DNA of 64,000 bases from Ignavibacteriota bacterium (GTDB lineage: Bacteria > Bacteroidota > Ignavibacteria > UBA10030). The stretch is taken from assembly GCA_963701295.1 (NCBI GenBank), contig OY969585.1:1248001-1312000 (forward strand). The letters are read 5' to 3'. The notes beneath the pieces were generated by a model. That model ran no database searches and was not told the origin of the DNA. It saw only the letters and a list, made by a program, of their open reading frames with translations. Shown piece by piece: positions 23,040-31,235 of the stretch. A program made the position numbers and the translations under genes. How positions within the stretch are numbered: position 1 is the stretch's first letter; each line of letters starts with the position of its first letter.

Positions 23040-24233
23040 TTGAGCAGGAAGTACGTCATCGTTGTGCCCGATGGAGCAGCTGATAAACCGTTACCGGTGT
23101 TCAGTGGGAAAACAATATTCGAAACTGCAGAAAAACCGAACATCGATTCCATCTCGATGACCGGCAAACAAGGGTTGTGCCGAACGGTGCCTCTCGCTCT
23201 TCAACCGGGCAGCGATGTGGCGATGATGGCAGTGCTAGGTTATGATCCGATAAAATACTATACAGGCAGAGCGCCGATTGAGGCGGTTGCACAAGGTATC
23301 AATGTTACAGAAAACGATTGGGTATTCCGATGCAACCTTGTGAAGACGATCGATGGAAACATGGATGATCACAGTTCCGGACATATTTCGAGTGAAGAAG
23401 GCAAGAAATTCATAGATGAGTTAAATAAAGAATTCAGCAGTGATCGCATCCGGTTTTATCCGGGCGTAAGTTATAGACACCTTATGATTGTCAATGGTTA
23501 TGACTTCTCAGATCTTCAGCTTCAACCGCCGCATGACCATATTGGAAAGAAAATCATCGACTTACTCCCGCGCGGGAAAAATGCGGAAGTTCTTATTGAG
23601 TTGATAAAAATGAGCGAAAAACTTTTTAATGATCACCCGATCAATCTTGCTCGTAGAAACCTCAAAAAGAGCGAAGCAAGTTCTATCTGGCTCTGGGGGC
23701 ATGGAAAAAAAGCAAGGATGGAGCCATTCAAAAAAAAGTATAACCTCAAAGGTGCAGCGATCACCGCAGTCGATCTTGTCAAAGGATTGGCATATCTCAT
23801 TGGGTTCGACTTTATCAAAGTTGAAGGAGCAACAGGATATTTCGATACGAATTATCACGCGAAAGGACTTGCGGCAATCGAAGCGCTTAAGAAATATGAT
23901 ATAGTTCTTGTTCATGTGGAAGCGACGGACGAAGCTGGGCATGCCGGAGATGCAAGCATAAAGAAAAAAGCTTTGGAAGAAATCGATAAGCATATCGTTG
24001 GGCCGGTGCTGGCAGAATTAAAGAAGTACAATAACTGGCGAATCTTAGTCTTGCCGGACCATCCGACGCCTGTATCGACCCGAGGACATACAAATGATCC
24101 GATACCATTTGCTCTAGCAGGTGAGGGAATCAGCCACAATATCCATCTTCCTTTCGGTGAGACGAACGCCGCCAAAACCGGAATACTGTTCAACAACGGT
24201 TACGAGCTGATGGAGTTTTTCCTAAGAAGTTAG
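23040..24233 (+). CDS. ApgM-type cofactor-independent phosphoglycerate mutase family protein (proposed homoserine kinase)
   Basis: VPDGAAD, PGSDVA, YYTGRAPIEA, HVEATDEAGH, PDHPTP; TTG start with AAGGAG RBS; lies between thrA and thrC. Confidence 0.85.
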   Translation: MSRKYVIVVPDGAADKPLPVFSGKTIFETAEKPNIDSISMTGKQGLCRTVPLALQPGSDVAMMAVLGYDPIKYYTGRAPIEAVAQGINVTENDWVFRCNLVKTIDGNMDDHSSGHISSEEGKKFIDELNKEFSSDRIRFYPGVSYRHLMIVNGYDFSDLQLQPPHDHIGKKIIDLLPRGKNAEVLIELIKMSEKLFNDHPINLARRNLKKSEASSIWLWGHGKKARMEPFKKKYNLKGAAITAVDLVKGLAYLIGFDFIKVEGATGYFDTNYHAKGLAAIEALKKYDIVLVHVEATDEAGHAGDASIKKKALEEIDKHIVGPVLAELKKYNNWRILVLPDHPTPVSTRGHTNDPIPFALAGEGISHNIHLPFGETNAAKTGILFNNGYELMEFFLRS

Positions 24234-24272
24234 AAACTTCCGTCGCCCGCACATACAGATCGAAATGAAATC

Positions 24273-24865
24273 ATGAGTTTTAATATCATAGGCTATCTCA
24301 TCTATGCATCTTTGATGTCGATTACTCCGGTCCGAATAACCTGATGCTCTTTTCATACGGAAAAGCATATGGCTTCAATGATTCGAGAAACGTTATGCTC
24401 GGGATTTTTCTCGGGTTCTTTCTCATGCTCTGTCTAGCCGGATATGGCATTGCGAATATCATTATGGGAAGTCCAACGGCGGGATTAGTACTGAAGATTG
24501 TCGGGTCGTTGTGGATGATCTATCTTGCATTGATATTGAGGAAACTCAATGTGGAGATAGAACCGGGCAAAAAAGCGGCTATTGGATTTGGTCAGGCATT
24601 TTCCATGCAATTTATTAATCTGAAAGCATGGATCATGGCAATCAGCGGAGCAAGTGCGTTTTTACCGCAATCCAATAACATTCATCTGAATGTCTTCGTC
24701 TATGCGATAAGTTTCGGATTGGTCGGAATTCCTTGTATGATTATATGGCTGAAGATGGGCGATGTGATTGCTGAGACTAGTAAGTCGGAGAAGGCAAGTC
24801 AAATGTTGGGATATACGATGTTCTCATTAATGATCGTCAGTATTGTAACAATTTGGATAAAATGA
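24273..24865 (+). pseudogene. LysE/RhtB-family amino-acid exporter, frameshifted
   Basis: ATG 24273 reads MSFNIIGYLIYASLMSITP, then CCG-GT-CCG-AAT-AAC-CTG: one base is missing from the conserved TPGPNNL motif at about 24330. The remainder is ORF 24344-24865 (FSMQFINLKAW). Confidence 0.8.
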
Positions 24866-24902
24866 CATCCGTGAATAGCTGGGTGTCGTAGAGGAGAAAA
24901 AC

Positions 24903-26228
24903 ATGCAGCACAGTTGGTTAGAATGTGTCCGCGAATGCGGAAAAAAATATTCTATCTATGATGTGATATACAACTGCGAGAATTGCGGCGGCTTGCTGGA
25001 TGTTGAGCACAATATCAAAGCGCTCAAACGCCGGACTGCAGCATCATGGAAAAAGTTATTCGATGACCGAACGAGGACAAACAAGTGGCCATATGCGAGC
25101 GGTGTGTGGGGAAAAAAAGAATGGGTCTGTCCGGATCTTAATAACGAAAACATTGTCTCGATGTATGAAGGGCATACCAACTGTTTCTGGGCAGAACGGT
25201 TAGGCAAGGATATCGGAGTCCCTGATTTGTGGGTAAAACTCTGTGGCAATAGTCATACCGGGTCATTTAAAGACCTTGGGATGACAGTTCTTGTGTCTGT
25301 TGTTAAACAAATGATGGCAGATGGGAAACCGATTCGTGCAGTGGCGTGTGCTTCCACTGGAGATACATCGGCAGCATTGTCTGCGTACGGTGCTGCGGCT
25401 GGAATTCCAACCATTGTGTTTCTGCCGAAAGGAAAAGTTTCCACGGCACAGCTTGTACAGCCGATTGCCAACGGTGCAACGGTGCTTTCGCTCGATACAG
25501 ATTTTGACGGATGTATGCGTATCGTGCAGGAAATTACCGCTGATAATTCGATTTACCTTGCCAACTCCATGAACTCATTGCGAATGGAAGGGCAGAAGAC
25601 GGTCGGTATTGAAATCGTTCAGCAATTCGATTGGGAAGTTCCGGATTGGATAATTATTCCTGCAGGAAACCTCGGCAATGTCAGCGCGTTGGGCAAAGGT
25701 TTGTTGATGATGCGTGACCTCGGCCTTATCAAGAAACTCCCGCGGATTGTCTGTGCGCAGGCAGCGCATGCAAATCCTTTATATTTGAGTTTCAAAAACG
25801 GTTACAAGGAATACAAACCGGTTGCTGCACAAAAGACACTTGCATCGGCAATTCAAATTGGTGCTCCTGTGAGTTACGAACGTGCAGTGAAAGTGTTAAG
25901 AGAATTCGACGGCATTGTTGAGCAGGCAACAGAGAATGAATTAGCAAATGCTGCAGCTCGAGCAGACAAAGCCGGATTATTTTCCTGCCCACAAACAGGT
26001 GTTGCTCTCGCTGCGCTTCAGAAGATGATTGAACGGAAGGTCATTAAAAAGAAAGACCGTGTGGTTGTAATTTCCACAGCGCATGGATTAAAATTTTCGC
26101 AGTTTAAAGTGGATTACCACAAGAAAACACTTCAGGAAGTTGATTCGCACTATGCTAATCCGCCTATTCTTTTACCGGCAGATGTGAATGCCGTGCGCAA
26201 TGCGATAGATGAGGTAATTGGGAGGTAA
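24903..26228 (+). CDS. thrC: Threonine synthase
   Basis: [14 protein letters not shown] lysine, [34 protein letters not shown]. Confidence 0.95.
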   Translation: MQHSWLECVRECGKKYSIYDVIYNCENCGGLLDVEHNIKALKRRTAASWKKLFDDRTRTNKWPYASGVWGKKEWVCPDLNNENIVSMYEGHTNCFWAERLGKDIGVPDLWVKLCGNSHTGSFKDLGMTVLVSVVKQMMADGKPIRAVACASTGDTSAALSAYGAAAGIPTIVFLPKGKVSTAQLVQPIANGATVLSLDTDFDGCMRIVQEITADNSIYLANSMNSLRMEGQKTVGIEIVQQFDWEVPDWIIIPAGNLGNVSALGKGLLMMRDLGLIKKLPRIVCAQAAHANPLYLSFKNGYKEYKPVAAQKTLASAIQIGAPVSYERAVKVLREFDGIVEQATENELANAAARADKAGLFSCPQTGVALAALQKMIERKVIKKKDRVVVISTAHGLKFSQFKVDYHKKTLQEVDSHYANPPILLPADVNAVRNAIDEVIGR

Positions 26229-26262
26229 TTTCTAGACGCGATCGTTGGTCGCGGTAGAAATT
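26227..26262 (+). terminator. Hairpin at the thrC stop ending the amino-acid cluster
   Basis: AATTTCTA/TAGAAATT outer stem and CGCGATC/GGTCGCG inner stem; weak U-tract. Confidence 0.4.
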
Positions 26263-26514
26263 CGAAACGTCAGCGATGTCGGCTACAACAGTCTCTACAG
26301 AGCGTGTAAAAAGCTCTGAAACACTCCAGAAACGATATTCTTCATGTGGGCCAACATAAAAAAAATACATCTCGCTATTGATGCAGAAAGAATCTATACT
26401 CAATACATATCAAATACAGTTCAATATGCTCGAAACCTGTTCACGGCGATCCCGATAAAAAGCGCAATGATGCGCGGCATGATTCTCCCGCCCAACAACA
26501 GACACTCGTGAAAG

Positions 26515-26808
26515 ATGAAGTTTATGAAATATACCATGCGTGATACCGGATTATTTAATGCACATAACAGGAGAATCGCCTTTACAAGAGGCGACGAAAT
26601 TTACGATGGAGACAATCGGAGAGTTGCTACCATGCATGGGAAGTATCTCTTTGATTCAGAAAATAGGAAGATGATGACGGTTCGCGGTGGTTTTATTTTT
26701 GATGCCGACGGTAAGCAGGTTGCTTCGCTTATAGATGCGCAGAAATTGATTGAAGGTGTAGCAAAGGGAATGCAGGCCGGAGCACTTTGGTATTGTTTTA
26801 TCCGGTAG
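26515..26808 (+). CDS. Small beta-repeat protein (four 16-aa repeats; beta-flower-like)
   Basis: LFNAHNRRIAFTRGDE / IYDGDNRRVATMHGKY / LFDSENRKMMTVRGGF / IFDADGKQVASLIDAQ followed by a hydrophobic C-terminal segment. Confidence 0.7.
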   Translation: MKFMKYTMRDTGLFNAHNRRIAFTRGDEIYDGDNRRVATMHGKYLFDSENRKMMTVRGGFIFDADGKQVASLIDAQKLIEGVAKGMQAGALWYCFIR

Positions 26809-26851
26809 CTTAAGAAGGAAATATCATTCCCAAGTATTTCCATCGGAAATC

Positions 26852-26989
26852 TTAAAATGGACGGAGTAAAATTCCCGGTAATCTAGCCAAACAACTCAGG
26901 ATGCACAAATCATAAAACGTGATGGTTATTCCGATAAACGTGAGCATGAGCATACGGTACGGTGCGAAAGTTGTTTTTTTCATTTTCAT
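26852..26989 (-). CDS. 45-aa small ORF with signal-peptide-like start (small membrane protein or gene remnant)
   Basis: AAGGAG RBS then MKMKKTTFAPYRMLMLTFIGITITFYDLCILSCLARLPGILLRPF; below the ORF-track cutoff. Confidence 0.4.
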   Translation of the reverse strand: MKMKKTTFAPYRMLMLTFIGITITFYDLCILSCLARLPGILLRPF

Positions 26990-27054
26990 ATTATCTCCTT
27001 TTTTGAAATAATTTTTTTTCTATGATAATCGATTATATAAAAGTATCCATCCTT

Positions 27055-27660
27055 TTACTCTGCTTTTTGAGCCTTTAGATTTATTTTTCCTTTACTTGCA
27101 AGTCTTGTCAAAAAATATGTAACACTATTCTGTGATAATTTGAAATGTTCGGCAATCTTTTCAGTTTCACTGATTTTGAATTCCCGGATATAATTCATAA
27201 TCTCTTCTTCAATTTGAGCCGACCATTCTTCGAATAGTTGACGAACTTCCGGTGTTGCAAATGTCGCTAATTCGCTCGTCTTGCTCATGGATGACATCAT
27301 TTTTTTGCACATATCCCAGGGCATTTCGTTCTGACCCTCTGTGGATGTTTGATCTCCCATCATATTCATTGGACTTTTACCACCCATCATCATGCTCATC
27401 ATGTTCATCATCGGTGAACCCGAGCCACCTCCCATCATTGAACCCATCATTTTAGGCATCATGGTTTGCATCATCGATTGTTTCTCTTCAGCAGACATTG
27501 TGCCCATGAATTTCTCCATCATGTCCCCCATCATCTTTTGCTTATCTTCTGGCTTCATATCTGCGAAGAACTTGTTCATCATCTGATCCATCATTGCACT
27601 TTTTTCTTCTGATGTCATTTTTCCCATCATGAAGTCCGCCATCATATTTTTAATATTCAT
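27055..27660 (-). CDS. Methionine-rich repeat protein with C-terminal wHTH-like domain
   Basis: 41 Met in 201 aa, 40 of them in the first 125; three 20-aa repeats; AGGAGG RBS; 16 bp downstream of an ArsR gene. Confidence 0.85.
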   Translation of the reverse strand: MNIKNMMADFMMGKMTSEEKSAMMDQMMNKFFADMKPEDKQKMMGDMMEKFMGTMSAEEKQSMMQTMMPKMMGSMMGGGSGSPMMNMMSMMMGGKSPMNMMGDQTSTEGQNEMPWDMCKKMMSSMSKTSELATFATPEVRQLFEEWSAQIEEEIMNYIREFKISETEKIAEHFKLSQNSVTYFLTRLASKGKINLKAQKAE

Positions 27661-27676
27661 TTCGATTCCTCCTATG

Positions 27677-28027
27677 TTATTTTTTGTTAAAGAATTTCAT
27701 CCATTGTTCACCGCACGAAAACATATTTTCTTTTGACCGTGTTTTACTACTGATGTTGATATGAAGTTCCGAGATTATGCCTAGTGCATCAAGCAACCTT
27801 ACATCTGATAATTCATAGTAGATGAAGGGGCCTTCCCTTTTCGTTTTTAAGATATTTTGTTCTCTGAGCACACGAAGGTGGTGTGATACCAGCGGCTGTG
27901 ATAATCCGGACTTTTCGACAACTTCAGAAACGGATCGGCTTTGGTCACCGATAATACGGATAATTCTCAGCCTATTTGCGTCTCCAAGCGTTTGAAAAAG
28001 ATTCTGTAATTTTATTCCATCATCCAT
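27677..28027 (-). CDS. ArsR/SmtB-family transcriptional repressor (1)
   Basis: FQTLGDANRLRII, SQPLVSHHLRVLR, REGPFIYYEL. Confidence 0.93.
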   Translation of the reverse strand: MDDGIKLQNLFQTLGDANRLRIIRIIGDQSRSVSEVVEKSGLSQPLVSHHLRVLREQNILKTKREGPFIYYELSDVRLLDALGIISELHINISSKTRSKENMFSCGEQWMKFFNKK

Positions 28028-28088
28028 ATCAATATCTGCTTATATAAATGGTTGTTTATATGATAATAAATAAACATTGACTTGTCAA
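28026..28088 (-). promoter_or_regulatory. Sigma70 promoter and ArsR-type operator for arsR1 and the Met-rich gene
   Basis: Minus strand TTGACA (28088-28083), 17 nt, TATCAT (28065-28060); perfect inverted repeat ATATAAA-N6-TTTATAT at 28042-28061 plus a degenerate copy at 28026-28045. Confidence 0.75.
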
Positions 28089-28141
28089 GGGAATAATTCT
28101 GCTCGGTTTTGCAGTGATATCAGCAGCTACTTACAGAAGAC

Positions 28142-28188
28142 TTGACATTAAATTCTCATTTTGCTATCATGTTGATATGATTAAACAT
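28142..28188 (+). promoter_or_regulatory. Sigma70 promoter (probably leaderless transcript) and operator for arsR2
   Basis: TTGACA 28142-28147, 17 nt, TG-extended TATCAT 28165-28170, ATG at 28177; inverted repeat ATGTTGA-N6-TAAACAT at 28169-28188. Confidence 0.75.
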
Positions 28189-28494
28189 ATAAAATCATTG
28201 ACCGATTATTGCCAACACCCTGAAGAGTGTTCAGATTTATTTCAGATCCTATCGGATAAAACGCGGCAAGATATTATTATGCTCTTTTCGGCAAAAAAAG
28301 AGATCGGTGTAACAGAAATTGCCAATAATTTTAAACTTAGCCGGCCTACAATTTCGCATCATTTAAATCTAATGCGAAGAACAAGAATTTTGAATTCACG
28401 GAAAGAAGGAAAGGAGATATACTATTCATTTAATAAAGATTCTGTCATAAATATGTTGGAGTCTATTCTTAAAAGCCTTCGAAATTGTTGCTGA
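28177..28494 (+). CDS. ArsR/SmtB-family transcriptional repressor (2)
   Basis: FQILSDKTRQDII, SRPTISHHLNLM, KEGKEIYYS, C-terminal CC; start reassigned from 28114 because of the promoter position. Confidence 0.92.
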   Translation: MIKHIKSLTDYCQHPEECSDLFQILSDKTRQDIIMLFSAKKEIGVTEIANNFKLSRPTISHHLNLMRRTRILNSRKEGKEIYYSFNKDSVINMLESILKSLRNCC

Positions 28495-28510
28495 TATTTT
28501 TTTACTGTAT

Positions 28511-28530
28511 ATGTCGATGTGTGTAAACCT
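28511..28530 (+). promoter_or_regulatory. Second copy of the arsR2 operator, downstream of the gene
   Basis: ATGTCGA-N6-TAAACCT versus upstream ATGTTGA-N6-TAAACAT. Confidence 0.55.
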
Positions 28531-28549
28531 ATAATAAGGAGAATATAAA

Positions 28550-29239
28550 ATGGGTAAAGATGAGAATAAATGTATGATCGAGGTTCCGGTCAATGACACA
28601 AAGGTTATTCAGAATGCGTTCGATATGTGGAGCCGGCTTTATGGGTTTACCGCTGCTCCGGCAGAGAGAAAACCGCGGTTGCGAGGATTGGAACTGGCGG
28701 CCATCCAGCCGAAAGAAAAAGTGCTCGAGGTAGCGGTAGGAACGGGAGCAGCTTTTCTGGAGATATTGAAGCGAGTGGATAAAACTAATGTTGTCACCGG
28801 TGTGGATTTATCACACAGGATGCTGAAAAAGGCCAGACACGCAGCGGCAAAAGCAGGCTTTACAAACATCGATTTGCATCAAAGTGATGCCCGTTCACTT
28901 CCTTTTGAGGATAATTCCTTTGATGTTGTTTTCAATAATTTCATGCTGGACCTGATCCCATTGGATGATATGCCTATCATCTTAAAAGAGTTCTGGCGAG
29001 TGCTTAAAAATGGCGGGCGCCTGGTTTTAGTAAATATGAGTAAGGATAAGGATGGAATGACATTTTATGAGAAAGTCTACCAGGCAACTCCGATTCGTTT
29101 GGTTCCGTACCTTTATGGCGGATGCCGTCCAGTTTTGATGGCTGAGCATACAAGGCAAGCCGGTTTTCAGGATGTGCAACGTGAGTACGTTAAAAACATT
29201 TTTCCTGCTGAGGTTGTCGTAGGGAGAAAAAAAATATGA
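28550..29239 (+). CDS. Class I SAM-dependent methyltransferase (UbiE/Methyltransf_11-like)
   Basis: VLEVAVGTG, GVDLSHRML, LPFEDNSFDVV, RVLKNGG; AAGGAG RBS. Confidence 0.88.
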   Translation: MGKDENKCMIEVPVNDTKVIQNAFDMWSRLYGFTAAPAERKPRLRGLELAAIQPKEKVLEVAVGTGAAFLEILKRVDKTNVVTGVDLSHRMLKKARHAAAKAGFTNIDLHQSDARSLPFEDNSFDVVFNNFMLDLIPLDDMPIILKEFWRVLKNGGRLVLVNMSKDKDGMTFYEKVYQATPIRLVPYLYGGCRPVLMAEHTRQAGFQDVQREYVKNIFPAEVVVGRKKI

Positions 29240-29814
29240 AAGTCTTTCTTCCAGCACAACCGATTCTACTTCCTTCTCCGGTACTTATCATCGGAACATA
29301 TGGCTTGAATAACAGACCTAATATCATGAATGCCGCCTGGGGAGGAATCGCATCAAGCAAACCGCCATGTATCAGTGTATCTCTCAGGGAGGCAACGCTT
29401 AGTTATCACAACATCAAACAGACCGAAGCATTCACAGTGAATATTCCTTCTGAAAAATTTCTCAAGGAGGCTGACTTTGTCGGCATGGTGTCTGGAAGAA
29501 ATTGCGACAAATTCAAGGAAACCCACCTCACACCTGAAAAGAGCAAGCTGGTAAATGCCCCAATCGTAAAAGAATTTCCCTACGCTCTTGAATGCAATCT
29601 GGTCAAGCAAGTTGATCTTGGCTTGCATACAATGTTCATCGGAGAAATTGTCGGAATGGTTGCCGATAGCGAGGTTCTAGATCCAAATAATTTTCCAGAC
29701 ATTGAGAAGGTGCGACCAATGCTATGGGGTTCATTCGGCAGTATGGCATATTATAATATCGGCGATAAACTTGGTGATGCATTCTCCGTTGGGAAAGAAT
29801 TGCAACGCAGTTAA
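29236..29814 (+). CDS. Flavin reductase / flavoredoxin-family protein
   Basis: PSPVLIIGT, NIMNAAWGG, FTVNIPS, LECNL...HTMFIGEI; ATGA overlap with the methyltransferase. Confidence 0.9.
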   Translation: MKVFLPAQPILLPSPVLIIGTYGLNNRPNIMNAAWGGIASSKPPCISVSLREATLSYHNIKQTEAFTVNIPSEKFLKEADFVGMVSGRNCDKFKETHLTPEKSKLVNAPIVKEFPYALECNLVKQVDLGLHTMFIGEIVGMVADSEVLDPNNFPDIEKVRPMLWGSFGSMAYYNIGDKLGDAFSVGKELQRS

Positions 29815-29831
29815 GTTTAGAGTAGGTTTGC

Positions 29832-30881
29832 TTAACACTGTTTTACGAAGTATGTCTTTTCAATCCAAAGTGAAACATTTACCAAACTGATAAGAACGGG
29901 CACTTCTACCAACGGTCCAATGACAGCTGCAAATGCAACGCCCGAATTAATGCCGAAAACTGCGATTGAGACTGCTATCGCCAATTCAAAGTTATTGCTC
30001 GCAGCCGTAAAGGAAAGTGTTGCGGACTTTGCATAATCGGCTCCTGCCTTCTTTGCAAGATAAAATGATATAAAAAACATCAAGACAAAGTAGACAATAA
30101 GGGGGATAGCAATGCGTAGGACATCCAGAGGAATCTTTACAATGTATTCACCTTTCAGCGAAAACATAACCACGATTGTGAATAAGAGTGCTATCAATGT
30201 CATCGGTGAGATTTTAGGAATAAACTTCTGCTCGTACCATTGCTTGCTTTTCAATCGCAACATTGTGAATCGAGTAATTATTCCAGCAAAGAAAGGAATG
30301 CCGAGATAGATAAAGACCCTTTTAGCTATTTGCCCGATTGTTATATCCACCGCAAATGTATGTAAGCCTAACCAGAAAGGAATAACTGTCAAAAACACAT
30401 AGGCATAGACAGAAAAGAACAGCACTTGGAAGATTGAATTAAAGGCAACAAGTCCCGCAGCATATTCCGTATCTCCTTTTGCCAACTCGTTCCAAACAAT
30501 AACCATGGCAATGCATCGAGCGAGTCCAATGATGATCAGTCCCACCATATATTCAGGATATCCACGAAGAAAAATAATCGCAAGAACAAACATCATCACC
30601 GGTCCTACAAGCCAATTTTGGATAAGTGAAAGGGAAAGCACTTTCATATTTTTGAATACATCACCAAGTTCTTCATACTTCACTTTTGCCAGCGGTGGAT
30701 ACATCATTAGAATCAAACCGATGGCAATAGGAATGTTAGTTGTTCCGGACTGAAAAGAATTCCAGAAATGCATGATTCCCGGGAAAAAATACCCGGAAAG
30801 GATGCCTGTAAACATCGCCAGGAAAATCCAGAGCGTTATAAATCTATCAAAAAACGATAATTGTTTTGTCAAAAAAGTCAT
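29832..30881 (-). CDS. acr3: ACR3-family arsenite efflux transporter
   Basis: [52 protein letters not shown]. Confidence 0.96.
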   Translation of the reverse strand: MTFLTKQLSFFDRFITLWIFLAMFTGILSGYFFPGIMHFWNSFQSGTTNIPIAIGLILMMYPPLAKVKYEELGDVFKNMKVLSLSLIQNWLVGPVMMFVLAIIFLRGYPEYMVGLIIIGLARCIAMVIVWNELAKGDTEYAAGLVAFNSIFQVLFFSVYAYVFLTVIPFWLGLHTFAVDITIGQIAKRVFIYLGIPFFAGIITRFTMLRLKSKQWYEQKFIPKISPMTLIALLFTIVVMFSLKGEYIVKIPLDVLRIAIPLIVYFVLMFFISFYLAKKAGADYAKSATLSFTAASNNFELAIAVSIAVFGINSGVAFAAVIGPLVEVPVLISLVNVSLWIEKTYFVKQC

Positions 30882-30916
30882 TGTGTGTTCTTTTTCCTTG
30901 CCTATCTCTCATTATG

Positions 30917-31222
30917 TTAATTACAACACGTACCTTCATTGGGGCCGCCGCAGGTAGGAGCTGTTCCATTGAAAGCGCCTTGAATAATTCCCGTTGCACA
31001 ACCGCATCCGTCACCAACGTCCAGTACAATTGCTCCCTGCGGGCAGTTTCTTTTACACGCGCCGCATTCCATACAATAATCTCTACCAGTAATTCGCACT
31101 TTCTTTTCAATGATCTCGAACACCTCATGCGGGCATACCTTAACGCACATCCCGCAATTGTCACATTTTTCTTGAAGCAGTTCGAGTGTTAGAACTTCCG
31201 AAAAATATCTCAGTCTTTCCAT
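30917..31222 (-). CDS. hgcB: Mercury methylation ferredoxin HgcB
   Basis: Two CxxCxxCxxxC motifs (CDNCGMCVKVC, CMECGACKRNC), GCGC and C-terminal CC; 13 bp downstream of hgcA; start MERLRY at 31222. Confidence 0.93.
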   Translation of the reverse strand: MERLRYFSEVLTLELLQEKCDNCGMCVKVCPHEVFEIIEKKVRITGRDYCMECGACKRNCPQGAIVLDVGDGCGCATGIIQGAFNGTAPTCGGPNEGTCCN

Positions 31223-31235
31223 ATGACTATCTTCT

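Noticed and set aside
26263-26514. Roughly 250-bp spacer after thrC as a possible riboswitch or ncRNA
   Set aside because: Only short weak hairpins; no recognisable riboswitch, T-box or tRNA motif by eye. An Rfam scan would settle it
27300-27650. Dense CAT-CAT periodicity as a possible CRISPR array or microsatellite
   Set aside because: Explained by Met codons on the minus strand; no repeat-spacer structure
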